Virus record (IMG/VR): IMGVR_UViG_3300028581_000024
Location: 1 to 64,000 of that record
Source: a virus
Reading direction: 5' to 3' (one strand)
DNA length: 64,000 nucleotides
The notes below the pieces were generated by a model. That model worked only from the letters and a program-made list of their open reading frames with translations, had not been told where the DNA came from and searched no databases. The position numbers and the translations under genes were made by a program. Numbering within the stretch: position 1 is the first letter of the stretch; each line of letters opens with the position of its first letter. Positions 29,644-38,601 of this stretch are shown piece after piece.

Positions 29644-30087
29644 TTATTTACCGCTGCTACCAAATCCCTTTTCACCACGATCAGCCGCCTGAACTGCACC
29701 CCAATCAACCGACATTTGAATATTAAAATGCACAACTAGCTGTGCAATCCTATCACCTTTATTAACCTGGTATGGTTGATCATTATGATTGTACAGTAGT
29801 ACTCCTAAATCTCCCCTATAGTTCTGATCGATAACACCGGGATGTGCTAAGACACCGCTCTTAAAGCTTAGCCCCGATCTCGACTCCACACTTATCCAGT
29901 ATCCCGGTTCAATATAAGCTAATTTTAAGCCTACCGGCACCACAACACGGTCATTCGCTGGAATTACTGTACTTTCTACAGCTGAAAGATCCCACCCTGA
30001 ATCGGACGGGTAATTCTTCTGCGGTAAAACAGCATCCTGGTGTGTTTTCTCAAATTTCATAAAAGGATTATAGGTGGGTAGTTCCAT
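29644..30087 (-). CDS. dut: Trimeric dUTPase
   Basis: SGWDL, SRSGL, GVIDQNYRG, GDRIAQL, RGEKGFGSSG (motifs I-V). Start at the second ATG, inferred from promoter spacing. Confidence 0.96.
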   Translation of the reverse strand: MELPTYNPFMKFEKTHQDAVLPQKNYPSDSGWDLSAVESTVIPANDRVVVPVGLKLAYIEPGYWISVESRSGLSFKSGVLAHPGVIDQNYRGDLGVLLYNHNDQPYQVNKGDRIAQLVVHFNIQMSVDWGAVQAADRGEKGFGSSGK

Positions 30088-30093
30088 AAACAT

Positions 30094-30131
30094 AATATAA
30101 CGTATGGTATATCGAATTCAATAGATAAATA
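30094..30131. promoter_or_regulatory. Back-to-back sigma70-type (minus) and late-type (plus) promoters
   Basis: Minus TTGAAT-16-TATATT-6-ATG(30087); plus GATAAATA(30124-30131)-taat-GTG(30136). Confidence 0.72.
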
Positions 30132-30135
30132 TAAT

Positions 30136-30630
30136 GTGGACGAAAAAGAATTTAGTGTCAATGATCTTATTAATGAACTGAACATTAATACCAAGGAAAA
30201 CAAAGCTCTTCTAAAGAACGAAGAGTTCAATCTACCTAAAGATAAGTTGGAAGAATTTGTATTGAATAGTACAGGTAGATTGGTAACACAAGGGCTCGAG
30301 ATTGTTGAAGGGGTTAAGGAATATGTTATGAATAATCCAGAGAGCAGAGAAGTACTAGCTCTATCAGATGCGTTAAAAGCGGTAGCAAGCGCACTTTCAG
30401 TAGTTAAGGATATACATGTATCTCAAATAAAGCGAGATAGTGCTAAAGATCTCAAGACTATGGAAATCGAGGCAAAGAAAAATATTAAGGAAGAAGAAGC
30501 TAGAGTTGGTCTGTTTATTACCCGGGATGAGCTTTTTAGGAAAATAATGGAAGATGCTAAAGTGATAGAAACAGAGGCTTCTGTAATTACGAAACCCCAA
30601 GCACTTTCCGAGTCGTCACCGAACTCGTAA
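30136..30630 (+). CDS. Probable terminase small subunit (gp16-like)
   Basis: LVTQGLEIVEGVKEYVMNNPESREVLALSDALKAV helical hairpin plus a C-terminal LFITRDELFR segment, matching the T4 gp16 layout. 164 aa; late promoter. Confidence 0.55.
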   Translation: MDEKEFSVNDLINELNINTKENKALLKNEEFNLPKDKLEEFVLNSTGRLVTQGLEIVEGVKEYVMNNPESREVLALSDALKAVASALSVVKDIHVSQIKRDSAKDLKTMEIEAKKNIKEEEARVGLFITRDELFRKIMEDAKVIETEASVITKPQALSESSPNS

Positions 30631-31432
30631 CCTCTTTTAGCTGGTTGAATAGCAGATCTTGATTCAAAGTATTACCCTCAACATTAACAGAAATATTAGT
30701 TTTAGGTACAAATTGTATGTTATTAGTAGCAGACCGTGGATTATAATTACAGTATAACTGTATAACGTTGTATAACTCTTTGAATTCTGATTGTATTTTT
30801 TCATTTAAACTAGGAATAGCATTTTTCATACGAACAAAATGTTGGGTATCAGGTGTTAGATTGCTTCCCTGGGAAACGTTTCCGCTCTGTACTGTACTCT
30901 GTATGTTTTGAATATTCTTACGAAATACCATATTTGTTTTTTTACTAAGTTCAGCGTGTAGCAATTGTGTCGAAGGACTCATTTTATTTGTTAAACTTGC
31001 ACCATAGCGTAATGGTGTCATCATCTTACTACCAGTAACATCACTTACAAGCTGTAGGGAGTCATCTAGATAGTTTTCTAGCCGCGCCAAACTACCTATG
31101 CTATCACTGAATTGTTTATAAAAAGTACCTTCATTAATCTCTACTCTTACTTGATTCTTTACCTCATTAAGAGCAGTATTAAATTTAGAAATCCAATCTG
31201 CAGCAAATTGAGGTTGCATGGATTTCATTTGATTGTCTAACTTAATAAAGAAATCTTTTTGTGATGTAATAACATCGTTCTGTACCTTTGTTAGATTGTA
31301 ATCAATAGAGGTTTGTAATTCGGTAGAATAATTATTAATAGTAGATAAGAAGTTTGAAGCTTTATCGTAAAAATCTTTTTTATAAAAAAGATTAATTTGT
31401 GTTAGTTGAGGGTCTATTGTTTTAGAGTTCAT
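30587..31432 (-). CDS. Hypothetical protein (baseplate operon)
   Basis: 281 aa helical ORF coupled by ATGA to the upstream gene. Confidence 0.6.
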   Translation of the reverse strand: MNSKTIDPQLTQINLFYKKDFYDKASNFLSTINNYSTELQTSIDYNLTKVQNDVITSQKDFFIKLDNQMKSMQPQFAADWISKFNTALNEVKNQVRVEINEGTFYKQFSDSIGSLARLENYLDDSLQLVSDVTGSKMMTPLRYGASLTNKMSPSTQLLHAELSKKTNMVFRKNIQNIQSTVQSGNVSQGSNLTPDTQHFVRMKNAIPSLNEKIQSEFKELYNVIQLYCNYNPRSATNNIQFVPKTNISVNVEGNTLNQDLLFNQLKEVTSSVTTRKVLGVS

Positions 31433-32973
31433 ATGGATGTGTCGTTATTATTACTTTTATTAAAATTATAAGTTTTAACAGCAACTATATTGTTAAAATA
31501 TGTACCAGCTCCAAATACATGTTCAACTGTAGTTATCATATACATACCTAAGGATTTATTATCAAACTCACTATTGGTTTGACTATCAGACCGTGAGATA
31601 GTAATAAATTTGCCTGGGTTTCTCACAACATTGCCGCGACACCTAAAAGATATAGTAGTATTAAGAAAGATACTCGAGAGCAAGAATCTGTTTCGTCCTG
31701 AGTTTAGTCGCGATATCGGATCTGTATTAGGATTGTATTTGTTAATAATATTTTTTTGCTGGAGTCTTGTTTGATTTAGAGGAAGGTTAGATGTAGGGTT
31801 AAGACCTATGCTACCTTTTAAGGTATTCACAAAGTTTTTCTTATACGTTTCTATATTTTTATTAATATTATTCTCTGTTATATCAATACTAAAAACTTTC
31901 TTATTTGCGTCATAGTTATGTACCATATGAGATACAAGATTATTAGTTACATCAACTGAAGCGGGGTTTGATATTTGAAAATTATCAACTAAACAATAAT
32001 CGGTCAAATCATATGAAAAGATTGATGAAGGGGTTCGCTTAGGTTGATCGCTTGCTGCACCACTATCAGTTTGCTGTTTTCCAAGAATAAAGTTTTCTAT
32101 TAGTCCTGGTCCCCCTAAATCACCAAAAGAGTTATTCCCGCGATAATACGCACTTTTAAATAATTGTGCGATTGGTATTAACGACCACACCTCATTATGC
32201 TTCATTAATATAGCAGGAGAATTTTGATTAGCTGAATCACTTACATGGTTATCAAGTAAATACTGTAGATCATCAATAGCTTTATAGTGAGATGGGCTAC
32301 TATAAAAAATTTTTGTACCGCCTTGGTCCCAGTCTCCCGTTTGCAATGTTAGGTTGTATTCCTTGTAGATTTCCTCTAGAAGTTTTTTTATTGCATCACC
32401 TGTATACATACTACGCTCGCCATCTCCAATGCCTTTGCTATATCTTCCTGTACTAAAGTAAGAATTTTTTTCTTTTAAAAGTTGATAAGTATAATCATAT
32501 AGAAAAAGCTTTTTTTGCTTAATAGTTTTATCTTCATAGATAAGATCTTCTGAATCGTATACTGAAAAAAGATAATTTATGGATAAATCAGGATTTTTAG
32601 TTTTGTAATTATTGAGAGTACCAGTATCATCACGATCGATAAACGGTTCAATTTGAACTAACAATAAATCTCTACCATCGCCACGAAAAGTGTATGGTTT
32701 AAACGATTTGTTTATCTCCCCGTCTGTATTACTTCCAATACTATCAAAGCTTTCTAAAGCATCCAACTGATTATTAAAAATAATATAGCCATCAGTATAA
32801 AAGGAAGTAATTCTATCTGTCATTTTAAAATCGACAATAGCGGAATAATTTATTTTAGCAAAATTTCCATTTGTATTTAATAATATTACATTAAAGCGGT
32901 ACTTATTATCTGATATCGTTACAATATCATCATCAAAAGAATTAAATCCAAGATTTTGTAGTACAGGGTGCAT
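31429..32973 (-). CDS. Baseplate hub protein (gp27/VgrG-N-like)
   Basis: C-terminal ISFRCRGNVVRNPGKFITI...LGMYMITTVEHVF, typical of hub proteins. Follows gp53. Confidence 0.65.
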   Translation of the reverse strand: MHPVLQNLGFNSFDDDIVTISDNKYRFNVILLNTNGNFAKINYSAIVDFKMTDRITSFYTDGYIIFNNQLDALESFDSIGSNTDGEINKSFKPYTFRGDGRDLLLVQIEPFIDRDDTGTLNNYKTKNPDLSINYLFSVYDSEDLIYEDKTIKQKKLFLYDYTYQLLKEKNSYFSTGRYSKGIGDGERSMYTGDAIKKLLEEIYKEYNLTLQTGDWDQGGTKIFYSSPSHYKAIDDLQYLLDNHVSDSANQNSPAILMKHNEVWSLIPIAQLFKSAYYRGNNSFGDLGGPGLIENFILGKQQTDSGAASDQPKRTPSSIFSYDLTDYCLVDNFQISNPASVDVTNNLVSHMVHNYDANKKVFSIDITENNINKNIETYKKNFVNTLKGSIGLNPTSNLPLNQTRLQQKNIINKYNPNTDPISRLNSGRNRFLLSSIFLNTTISFRCRGNVVRNPGKFITISRSDSQTNSEFDNKSLGMYMITTVEHVFGAGTYFNNIVAVKTYNFNKSNNNDTSI

Positions 32974-33365
32974 TATTGTTTTAACTGAACGTTAATATTG
33001 TTAATAATTGACGGGACAAAGCTAGGCTTTATAATATTGAGACGAGTACCTGCAGGTGGGTATAATATAGGATTGTAGATGTTATTTGCCAATACAATCA
33101 ACCACCACAGATTCATTGTCTTGTATTCATCGTAACTAATAACAGTCCATGGCATAATCCTATTTAAAGTAATGGTATAATAGGTTTCCGGTTGCAGCGG
33201 CGTGGGTATGTATATGCTATTAATAAGATTATAGTAGAGAAACGGTTTTGTGTTCGCATCTTCTACAGGATACATTCTAAAGATATTTTCATAGCTATTC
33301 TGTGGCAGTTGCGCTAAAGCCGCTATGTCTTGTCTAAAAACGCCTAATGCTGATAATCCAATCAT
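32973..33365 (-). CDS. gp53: Baseplate wedge subunit (LysM-like)
   Basis: WTVISYDEYKTMNLWWLIVLANNIYNP...GTRLNI. Confidence 0.85.
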   Translation of the reverse strand: MIGLSALGVFRQDIAALAQLPQNSYENIFRMYPVEDANTKPFLYYNLINSIYIPTPLQPETYYTITLNRIMPWTVISYDEYKTMNLWWLIVLANNIYNPILYPPAGTRLNIIKPSFVPSIINNINVQLKQ

Positions 33366-34750
33366 TGTGTTGCTACCTCTGTTGCTTGGCTGAACAACCT
33401 ACGGCGGTTTCCACTAAACTGGGTAGGTACCCCAATTATGCCTTGTGTCTCTTGTAGAGTTCTAGTCGAGGAAGTAGATATAATATTGTACTTATCGTAT
33501 AACATAGAATAGAGGAAATTCTGGGATTCCCTTACTAAAGCTCTAAGAGTTATTGTAACGTCATAAGCATCAGGGATAATAGATTCAATCTTTATTGTCC
33601 CAGTACCATATGGAACATCAATTAACATTTTTCTTACAGAGCCAACAAAGGCAACCTTCATAGTCTCAATGTAAGCGTAGGGATAATAACGAGACCCCGG
33701 TATGCTAACCTCGTAAATTACAGGTGGATCAATTAAATCTCTACTACGTCGATTGGGTCGATTTTGATAAGCTAGTAAGTACAGTAATTGCCAATTACGT
33801 AATACGTCAGTGTACGTTGCCCACCCGGTGTTAACAAGAGGAAATTTAAATATTAAAGCTTCACCATCTTCACTAAAATTATAAAATTTTGGTTTTTCTA
33901 TATATATTCCCGGTGCATTCATGTTTGCATTAGCAGCTACAGTCAGTGCAGCGGATCCTAAGTTTTCTGATAAGCCGTAAAATGCTCCACCTGGGCCTCC
34001 TATTTCTGCAGGATTAAGATTTGGTGTACTACTGAATTTGTTGCTAATATCATTCAAAGTATTAACAAAGTATGGAAATCTATAATAAAATTCTGTATCT
34101 TCAGTCAAATAAAGACCCTCATAGGGTAATAAGTATTTGCTATTTAAACTTTCAACATTTAAGTTTGCGCCAGCGGTTTGTGCTACATCTAGTCCAAAAC
34201 CTGCAAGTCGGCTTAAATTATTGAGAGCCCCTGCCCCACCCACAGCGGCACCGACTGCCGCACCTCCCAATTGTGTAGCGCCTGCGATAAAATCAGCAAA
34301 TGGGGCTGTTGTTGGAAACACCTCTGAGGTTGCTCCTGCTGCTCGTCCTAATTGTCTACCTCCAAATTGATTTACGAGAGTAGCACCAAGAGCCGCGTCA
34401 ACTAACCCACCAGCAAGAGGAAATTTTGCTTTAAAGTTATTAATAAAATTAGTTGCATCAGTAACCGATTCCTGAATTGCATATGTGTAGTATGCAGCTT
34501 GTGCAACAAAAGAGTTAGTTATTAATCTCTTTTCTTTTAAATATATCTCTGGTACTCCGACTTTACTTTCAGCAGGAGAAGTTGTCCAGTGAAAATCATT
34601 AATAATATCGTATAGAGAAAATCCTGTTGCGGCATCACTTATACAGTTTGCGCCACCTGTAGACGACCCCCTTCGTACAGGTACGGCTTTTGGTGCACCA
34701 AATCGTTTTTCTTGCTCTTTAAAAGAGTATAGTTTATTAGATAAGTTCAT
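33362..34750 (-). CDS. Baseplate tube cap-like protein (gp48-like) with Gly/Ala-rich insertion
   Basis: LIFKFPLVN, PPVIYEVSIPG, AYIETMKVAF, YDVTITLRAL tube-fold pattern; position upstream of gp53. Confidence 0.5.
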   Translation of the reverse strand: MNLSNKLYSFKEQEKRFGAPKAVPVRRGSSTGGANCISDAATGFSLYDIINDFHWTTSPAESKVGVPEIYLKEKRLITNSFVAQAAYYTYAIQESVTDATNFINNFKAKFPLAGGLVDAALGATLVNQFGGRQLGRAAGATSEVFPTTAPFADFIAGATQLGGAAVGAAVGGAGALNNLSRLAGFGLDVAQTAGANLNVESLNSKYLLPYEGLYLTEDTEFYYRFPYFVNTLNDISNKFSSTPNLNPAEIGGPGGAFYGLSENLGSAALTVAANANMNAPGIYIEKPKFYNFSEDGEALIFKFPLVNTGWATYTDVLRNWQLLYLLAYQNRPNRRSRDLIDPPVIYEVSIPGSRYYPYAYIETMKVAFVGSVRKMLIDVPYGTGTIKIESIIPDAYDVTITLRALVRESQNFLYSMLYDKYNIISTSSTRTLQETQGIIGVPTQFSGNRRRLFSQATEVATQ

Positions 34751-36180
34751 TAGATTGTAAATCCTGGCATTGAAGTGCGGCTATTATTAATATCTATAAT
34801 ACCTCTGCTAGCCTGCTTTCTGTAATCATCTCTAAAGCTTTCAATTAAACCTGTATTGATTGGTTGGGACTTTTGTTGTTCTCTATTTTGTGAAACTGTA
34901 AGACTATTTGACGGCTGTATACTGGGTAGATAGGCTAAAATCTGCCCAGCAATGGACTTTAGTTCATCTATTGATCCTTTTAATTCCTTAGAAGATGTTG
35001 CCGTTGCTTTTGCCATATTTGTTAGATTTTCATTCATTGATTTTAATGCATTTTCTGAAAGACTGGTCGCTGGTGATACTGGCTCCTGTACTGGGGCATT
35101 CTGCTGAGGATACTGCTTGGCTATATTAGCAATTATTTCATTTATATTCTCCTCTGCAGCCGGGTACTTTTCTGCTTCATTAATAGGCGACATCGGTTCT
35201 TCAGTAGGTTTAGCAATTGGTGTGGGCGGCGTATTATTAACCGGTGATGGGTTTACAGTTTCAGGCATAGTTTGTAAGGGTTCTATATTCTTGTTCTGCA
35301 AAACTGGAGCTTCAACAGGTGTGATAGGCTCAGGCAGCGCAACATTTAAGGTAGCTTGTTGTGCCTTCTTTTCATCTACCTGTGTTACCAGATTTCTTTT
35401 AAGTGTTTGCAGGGTGTTTGCTTCTTCTACATTTTCTGGCAACTTATCAAAGTCAAAAAATGGATATTCCTCACGTAGCTGACGTTCTTGTTCTACAGTA
35501 ATAGGTGCATTTTGTTTATCTTCGCGCAAAACATCATTTAAATCTGCAGGGGGTTTCATATTATTGGATGTAGCTGGCTCGTTGCTTGGAGCAATTACAG
35601 GTATGTTTTTAGAGGTATTATTCTGCCTACTATTCAACTGCGATAATAAATCTTTCTTAAACGTTTCAAATCGTTTTGCTTGCTCTTCGCTTTCTGGAAG
35701 CTTATCAAAGTCGAAAAAAGGATATTCTTTACGTAACTGACGCTCTTGCTCTGTAGTAATGTTTTGTTCTATGAGAGGCTTAATCTCTTTAGAATTATCA
35801 GAAGTAGTAGATAATATTTGTGTGGGTGGAAGTGTATCAGTATTCAGAGGTGTTTGGGGTTGAATCTCCTGTTTTTCTAATGGAGTAGTAACAGGTGAAG
35901 GCTCTTCAGTTTTTATACTAACTGGTAGCTCTACTTCTTCTACCTTAGGCAGAGTTACATCTTTTGATGTTGTAGTAACAGGTTTAGGACGATTTACAGG
36001 TTTAATATCTGCAAAAGTAACTTTGCGAGTACGCTCGGTGAGCGTTTTTTCTAGAGCGTCCAAGTCTTCTTGACTCATATTATTAAGCTGCTCTCTTGGC
36101 ACACTATATGTTTTTGCATACAGATCTTTATAAGAGCTTTGTGCTTTATCTAGAGCATCACTATTAACATCATAGTCCAT
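34750..36180 (-). CDS. Pro/Glu-rich low-complexity virion protein, candidate tape measure
   Basis: 476 aa with an internal duplication; own late promoter; sits in the hub gene cluster. Confidence 0.45.
   Translation of the reverse strand: MDYDVNSDALDKAQSSYKDLYAKTYSVPREQLNNMSQEDLDALEKTLTERTRKVTFADIKPVNRPKPVTTTSKDVTLPKVEEVELPVSIKTEEPSPVTTPLEKQEIQPQTPLNTDTLPPTQILSTTSDNSKEIKPLIEQNITTEQERQLRKEYPFFDFDKLPESEEQAKRFETFKKDLLSQLNSRQNNTSKNIPVIAPSNEPATSNNMKPPADLNDVLREDKQNAPITVEQERQLREEYPFFDFDKLPENVEEANTLQTLKRNLVTQVDEKKAQQATLNVALPEPITPVEAPVLQNKNIEPLQTMPETVNPSPVNNTPPTPIAKPTEEPMSPINEAEKYPAAEENINEIIANIAKQYPQQNAPVQEPVSPATSLSENALKSMNENLTNMAKATATSSKELKGSIDELKSIAGQILAYLPSIQPSNSLTVSQNREQQKSQPINTGLIESFRDDYRKQASRGIIDINNSRTSMPGFTI
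35434..35760 (-). repeat. Two-copy intragenic repeat (ITxEQERQLRxEYPFFDFDKLPE)
   Basis: Copies at about 35692-35760 and 35434-35502, similar at both DNA and protein level. Confidence 0.9.
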
Positions 36181-36184
36181 AATA

Positions 36185-36192
36185 TATTTATA
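36185..36192 (-). promoter_or_regulatory. Late promoter TATAAATA, 4 nt before ATG
   Basis: TATAAATA-tatt-ATG(36180). Confidence 0.82.
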
Positions 36193-36203
36193 ACAAAATT
36201 ATC

Positions 36204-37049
36204 TTACAGGCTTACAGAGCTATCTGTAGTAGCTGACTCCTTTTCTGTATTAAAGATATTAAGATAGATATCACACTCCGAAGGTGTTAAATTATTAATA
36301 GTATTACTGTCCAAATTTAATTTTGTAAGTAAGGTATATTTCTTTTTATAAAGACTTTGTGCTTGAGGAATGAAGGTCGATTTCAAGAATCCAAACAGTG
36401 TATTTCCTAGAAGATTAAACCTGACTGAATAAAAATCTTTTAGTTGTTTGTCATTATTAATAATGTAAACAGATTCAAATGCTTGGTCATATTTACGAAG
36501 ATGATTATAAATTTCCGTAATAGCGGTCTTATCAATAGTATTAAAGAATTTTTCTTTTGTATTTTGGTCAAAAGCTCCTGGATAAAAATCTTTATTATTG
36601 ATACGAATTTTAAAGATACTTTCATGCAAATAATTAACTGAATATAACTCCTTAACAGGTGTAAATGCAATCTCTATATCATCTAATTTTAAATTTTCAA
36701 TAGTAGGAATTACAAGTTCTGATAAATCTGTAAGTATATCGAAAAGATTAAATGTAAGAGCACATGTACTCTCATCTGTATTTTTAGCACGGTAAAACAA
36801 CTGACCTGATACAGACGAGGCTCTTAAAAATAGTAATAAAAACCATTTATCATAGCGAGTGAGTTTATAGAAAAGTTCTTTTTGTTCTAAATTTTCTTGA
36901 AGAATATCGTTAAATGTTTGATTTAAACTTTCATCATCTTCATTTAGTATGTATTTACTAATTATCTCTAACTGATACATCTTTAACTCAGCAATTTTAA
37001 GATATTGCTTTAAACTTGGGGCCCAGCAATTAAGATAAAAAGAGTGCAT
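36204..37049 (-). CDS. Baseplate hub assembly chaperone (gp26/gp51-like)
   Basis: LTRYDKWFLLLFLRASSV (gp26-like) and C-terminal INNLTPSECDIYLN (gp51-like MxPWERxIY pattern). Confidence 0.55.
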   Translation of the reverse strand: MHSFYLNCWAPSLKQYLKIAELKMYQLEIISKYILNEDDESLNQTFNDILQENLEQKELFYKLTRYDKWFLLLFLRASSVSGQLFYRAKNTDESTCALTFNLFDILTDLSELVIPTIENLKLDDIEIAFTPVKELYSVNYLHESIFKIRINNKDFYPGAFDQNTKEKFFNTIDKTAITEIYNHLRKYDQAFESVYIINNDKQLKDFYSVRFNLLGNTLFGFLKSTFIPQAQSLYKKKYTLLTKLNLDSNTINNLTPSECDIYLNIFNTEKESATTDSSVSL

Positions 37050-37987
37050 TAGAAGAATCCTGCAAGATCTAAGGTTCGTGAAGCGGCATCTTGAAGAGGA
37101 GAAACTTGTGGTGTATAATTACCATTTGTAATGCCGCTCACTGTGTTAATAATATCTGCTAGCGGAAAATACATACTATTTTCTATTGTATAGTTTGTGT
37201 AGATAAAATTAACATCATATATTGTTGCAGCGTTAGGCTCGTCGTAGCTAAGATTTATATTGTTTACAAGTGTTGGGACACAATTATAGAATCTAAACAC
37301 CTTTCTAGGTATTTGACTTATATTTTGATAGCTTCGTGTATAGCAAAGTAGGGTAATATTACTTTTTACATTACGTATATCCTTTTGCCCGGGCGTATCA
37401 CCCGGGTAGGCTACTAACCCTAGATGATTTGCCAGCATAACCCATGGACGAAATACATTATCTACAATACTAGTATTTGTTTCAAGGAAGCCTAGACGGA
37501 GCGGTTTACCTGCATAGCCCATTCTGTTTTCAGCCATAATACCAGGTATAAATCCACGACTCTTACCGCTTGAGCCGATAGTAATATCACCCACAAAGAA
37601 AGATTCTTGCGGTATCATAGCAGTTTGCGCAAATACACAACCAATTACTTTTTGAAAAGGAAAACTAGTTAATAATGTCTTTGCTTGATCTATATCATAG
37701 CCCTTTTTAGCACCATCAACACGTTCTAATTGCTGTAAGATGTTTGTGTTGAGAAGACGTGGAAAAGAATCTATTACGGCAATCCATTGCGATTGAAGAG
37801 GTATTGAAGTTAACCAACTTTGTAATTGTAATAAGAAGTAATCCCGTGTACTAATTAATGGTACCCCTGGAATATTGAATCCAAGTACGTTTGTTATTTG
37901 TGGTTGACTGAGAGGGTTGGTTCCTCTTCCGATGCCAATAGCGTTATTGGTTAATCCTTCGAATGCATTAGTTAGCGGATTATTCAT
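37049..37987 (-). CDS. Tail tube initiator-like protein (gp54-like)
   Basis: LRLGFLETN...FRPW and FRFYNCVPT...LSY...YDVNFIY tube-fold motifs; next to gp19. Start at ATG 37987 after GGAG. Confidence 0.6.
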   Translation of the reverse strand: MNNPLTNAFEGLTNNAIGIGRGTNPLSQPQITNVLGFNIPGVPLISTRDYFLLQLQSWLTSIPLQSQWIAVIDSFPRLLNTNILQQLERVDGAKKGYDIDQAKTLLTSFPFQKVIGCVFAQTAMIPQESFFVGDITIGSSGKSRGFIPGIMAENRMGYAGKPLRLGFLETNTSIVDNVFRPWVMLANHLGLVAYPGDTPGQKDIRNVKSNITLLCYTRSYQNISQIPRKVFRFYNCVPTLVNNINLSYDEPNAATIYDVNFIYTNYTIENSMYFPLADIINTVSGITNGNYTPQVSPLQDAASRTLDLAGFF

Positions 37988-37992
37988 CAACA

Positions 37993-38020
37993 ATTACTCC
38001 AATATATTTATCGGAGTAAT
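37993..38020 (-). promoter_or_regulatory. SD-sequestering hairpin with a late promoter in its loop
   Basis: Minus strand ATTACTCC-GATAAATA-tatt-GGAGTAAT-tgttg-ATG: an 8 bp stem pairs the GGAG. Confidence 0.75.
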
Positions 38021-38026
38021 GTTATT

Positions 38027-38572
38027 TTAGGACTGGCGAGTAAAATAATGGTAGGCTAGCTTCACGTCAAACGAAACAATATCGCCTTTACCAGCTGAGA
38101 AATCATACTTAATGCCGCCAACTTCTCTAATGCTTACACCGATTAATTGATATTGAGCAACTTTCTCCATCTTAGTATCGAGTTGAACTAGATCGATTAC
38201 ACTTGCTTGTGTTGGGGTGAAGTAATTGCCTGTGCTATTGGTATCGTTAAAGGTATCACGCGTCCAATCTTCAAATTTCTGTCTGATGTTATTTTTAGCA
38301 TCATTGTAGAATGTTAATGAGTAATTAGCACTGTCTGGGTATGCAGCAACACCAGGAAGGTTAAAATTTAACCCCATGTAGCTTGTTGTTACATTGTTAA
38401 TTTGTCTAGCGGGTAGTGAAGCAGATCTTGCGTAAACTAAATCATTCTCATCAAAGGTGGTTGTGGTGCCTCCGGGGGAGATACTCAATACCCTGAATTG
38501 AATATCGCGTTGAAAATCACGCGCAGAAGCTACTCTATAAAAATCCGAGATGAGTTGTTTTACGGCTGGCAT
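38027..38572 (-). CDS. gp19: Tail tube protein
   Basis: ARSASLPAR, YMGLNFNLPG, YSLTFYND, IRQKFEDW, LVQLD, FDVKLAYHYF; downstream of the sheath gene. Confidence 0.9.
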   Translation of the reverse strand: MPAVKQLISDFYRVASARDFQRDIQFRVLSISPGGTTTTFDENDLVYARSASLPARQINNVTTSYMGLNFNLPGVAAYPDSANYSLTFYNDAKNNIRQKFEDWTRDTFNDTNSTGNYFTPTQASVIDLVQLDTKMEKVAQYQLIGVSIREVGGIKYDFSAGKGDIVSFDVKLAYHYFTRQS

Positions 38573-38601
38573 AGTATTATTATTTATTCTCCTTTTTTAG
38601 T

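Noticed and set aside
29643-29735. N-terminal extensions given in the track for gp44 (also 43335-43421 and 50371-50460)
   Set aside because: They overlap neighbouring genes, and better starts are supported by coupling or promoter spacing.
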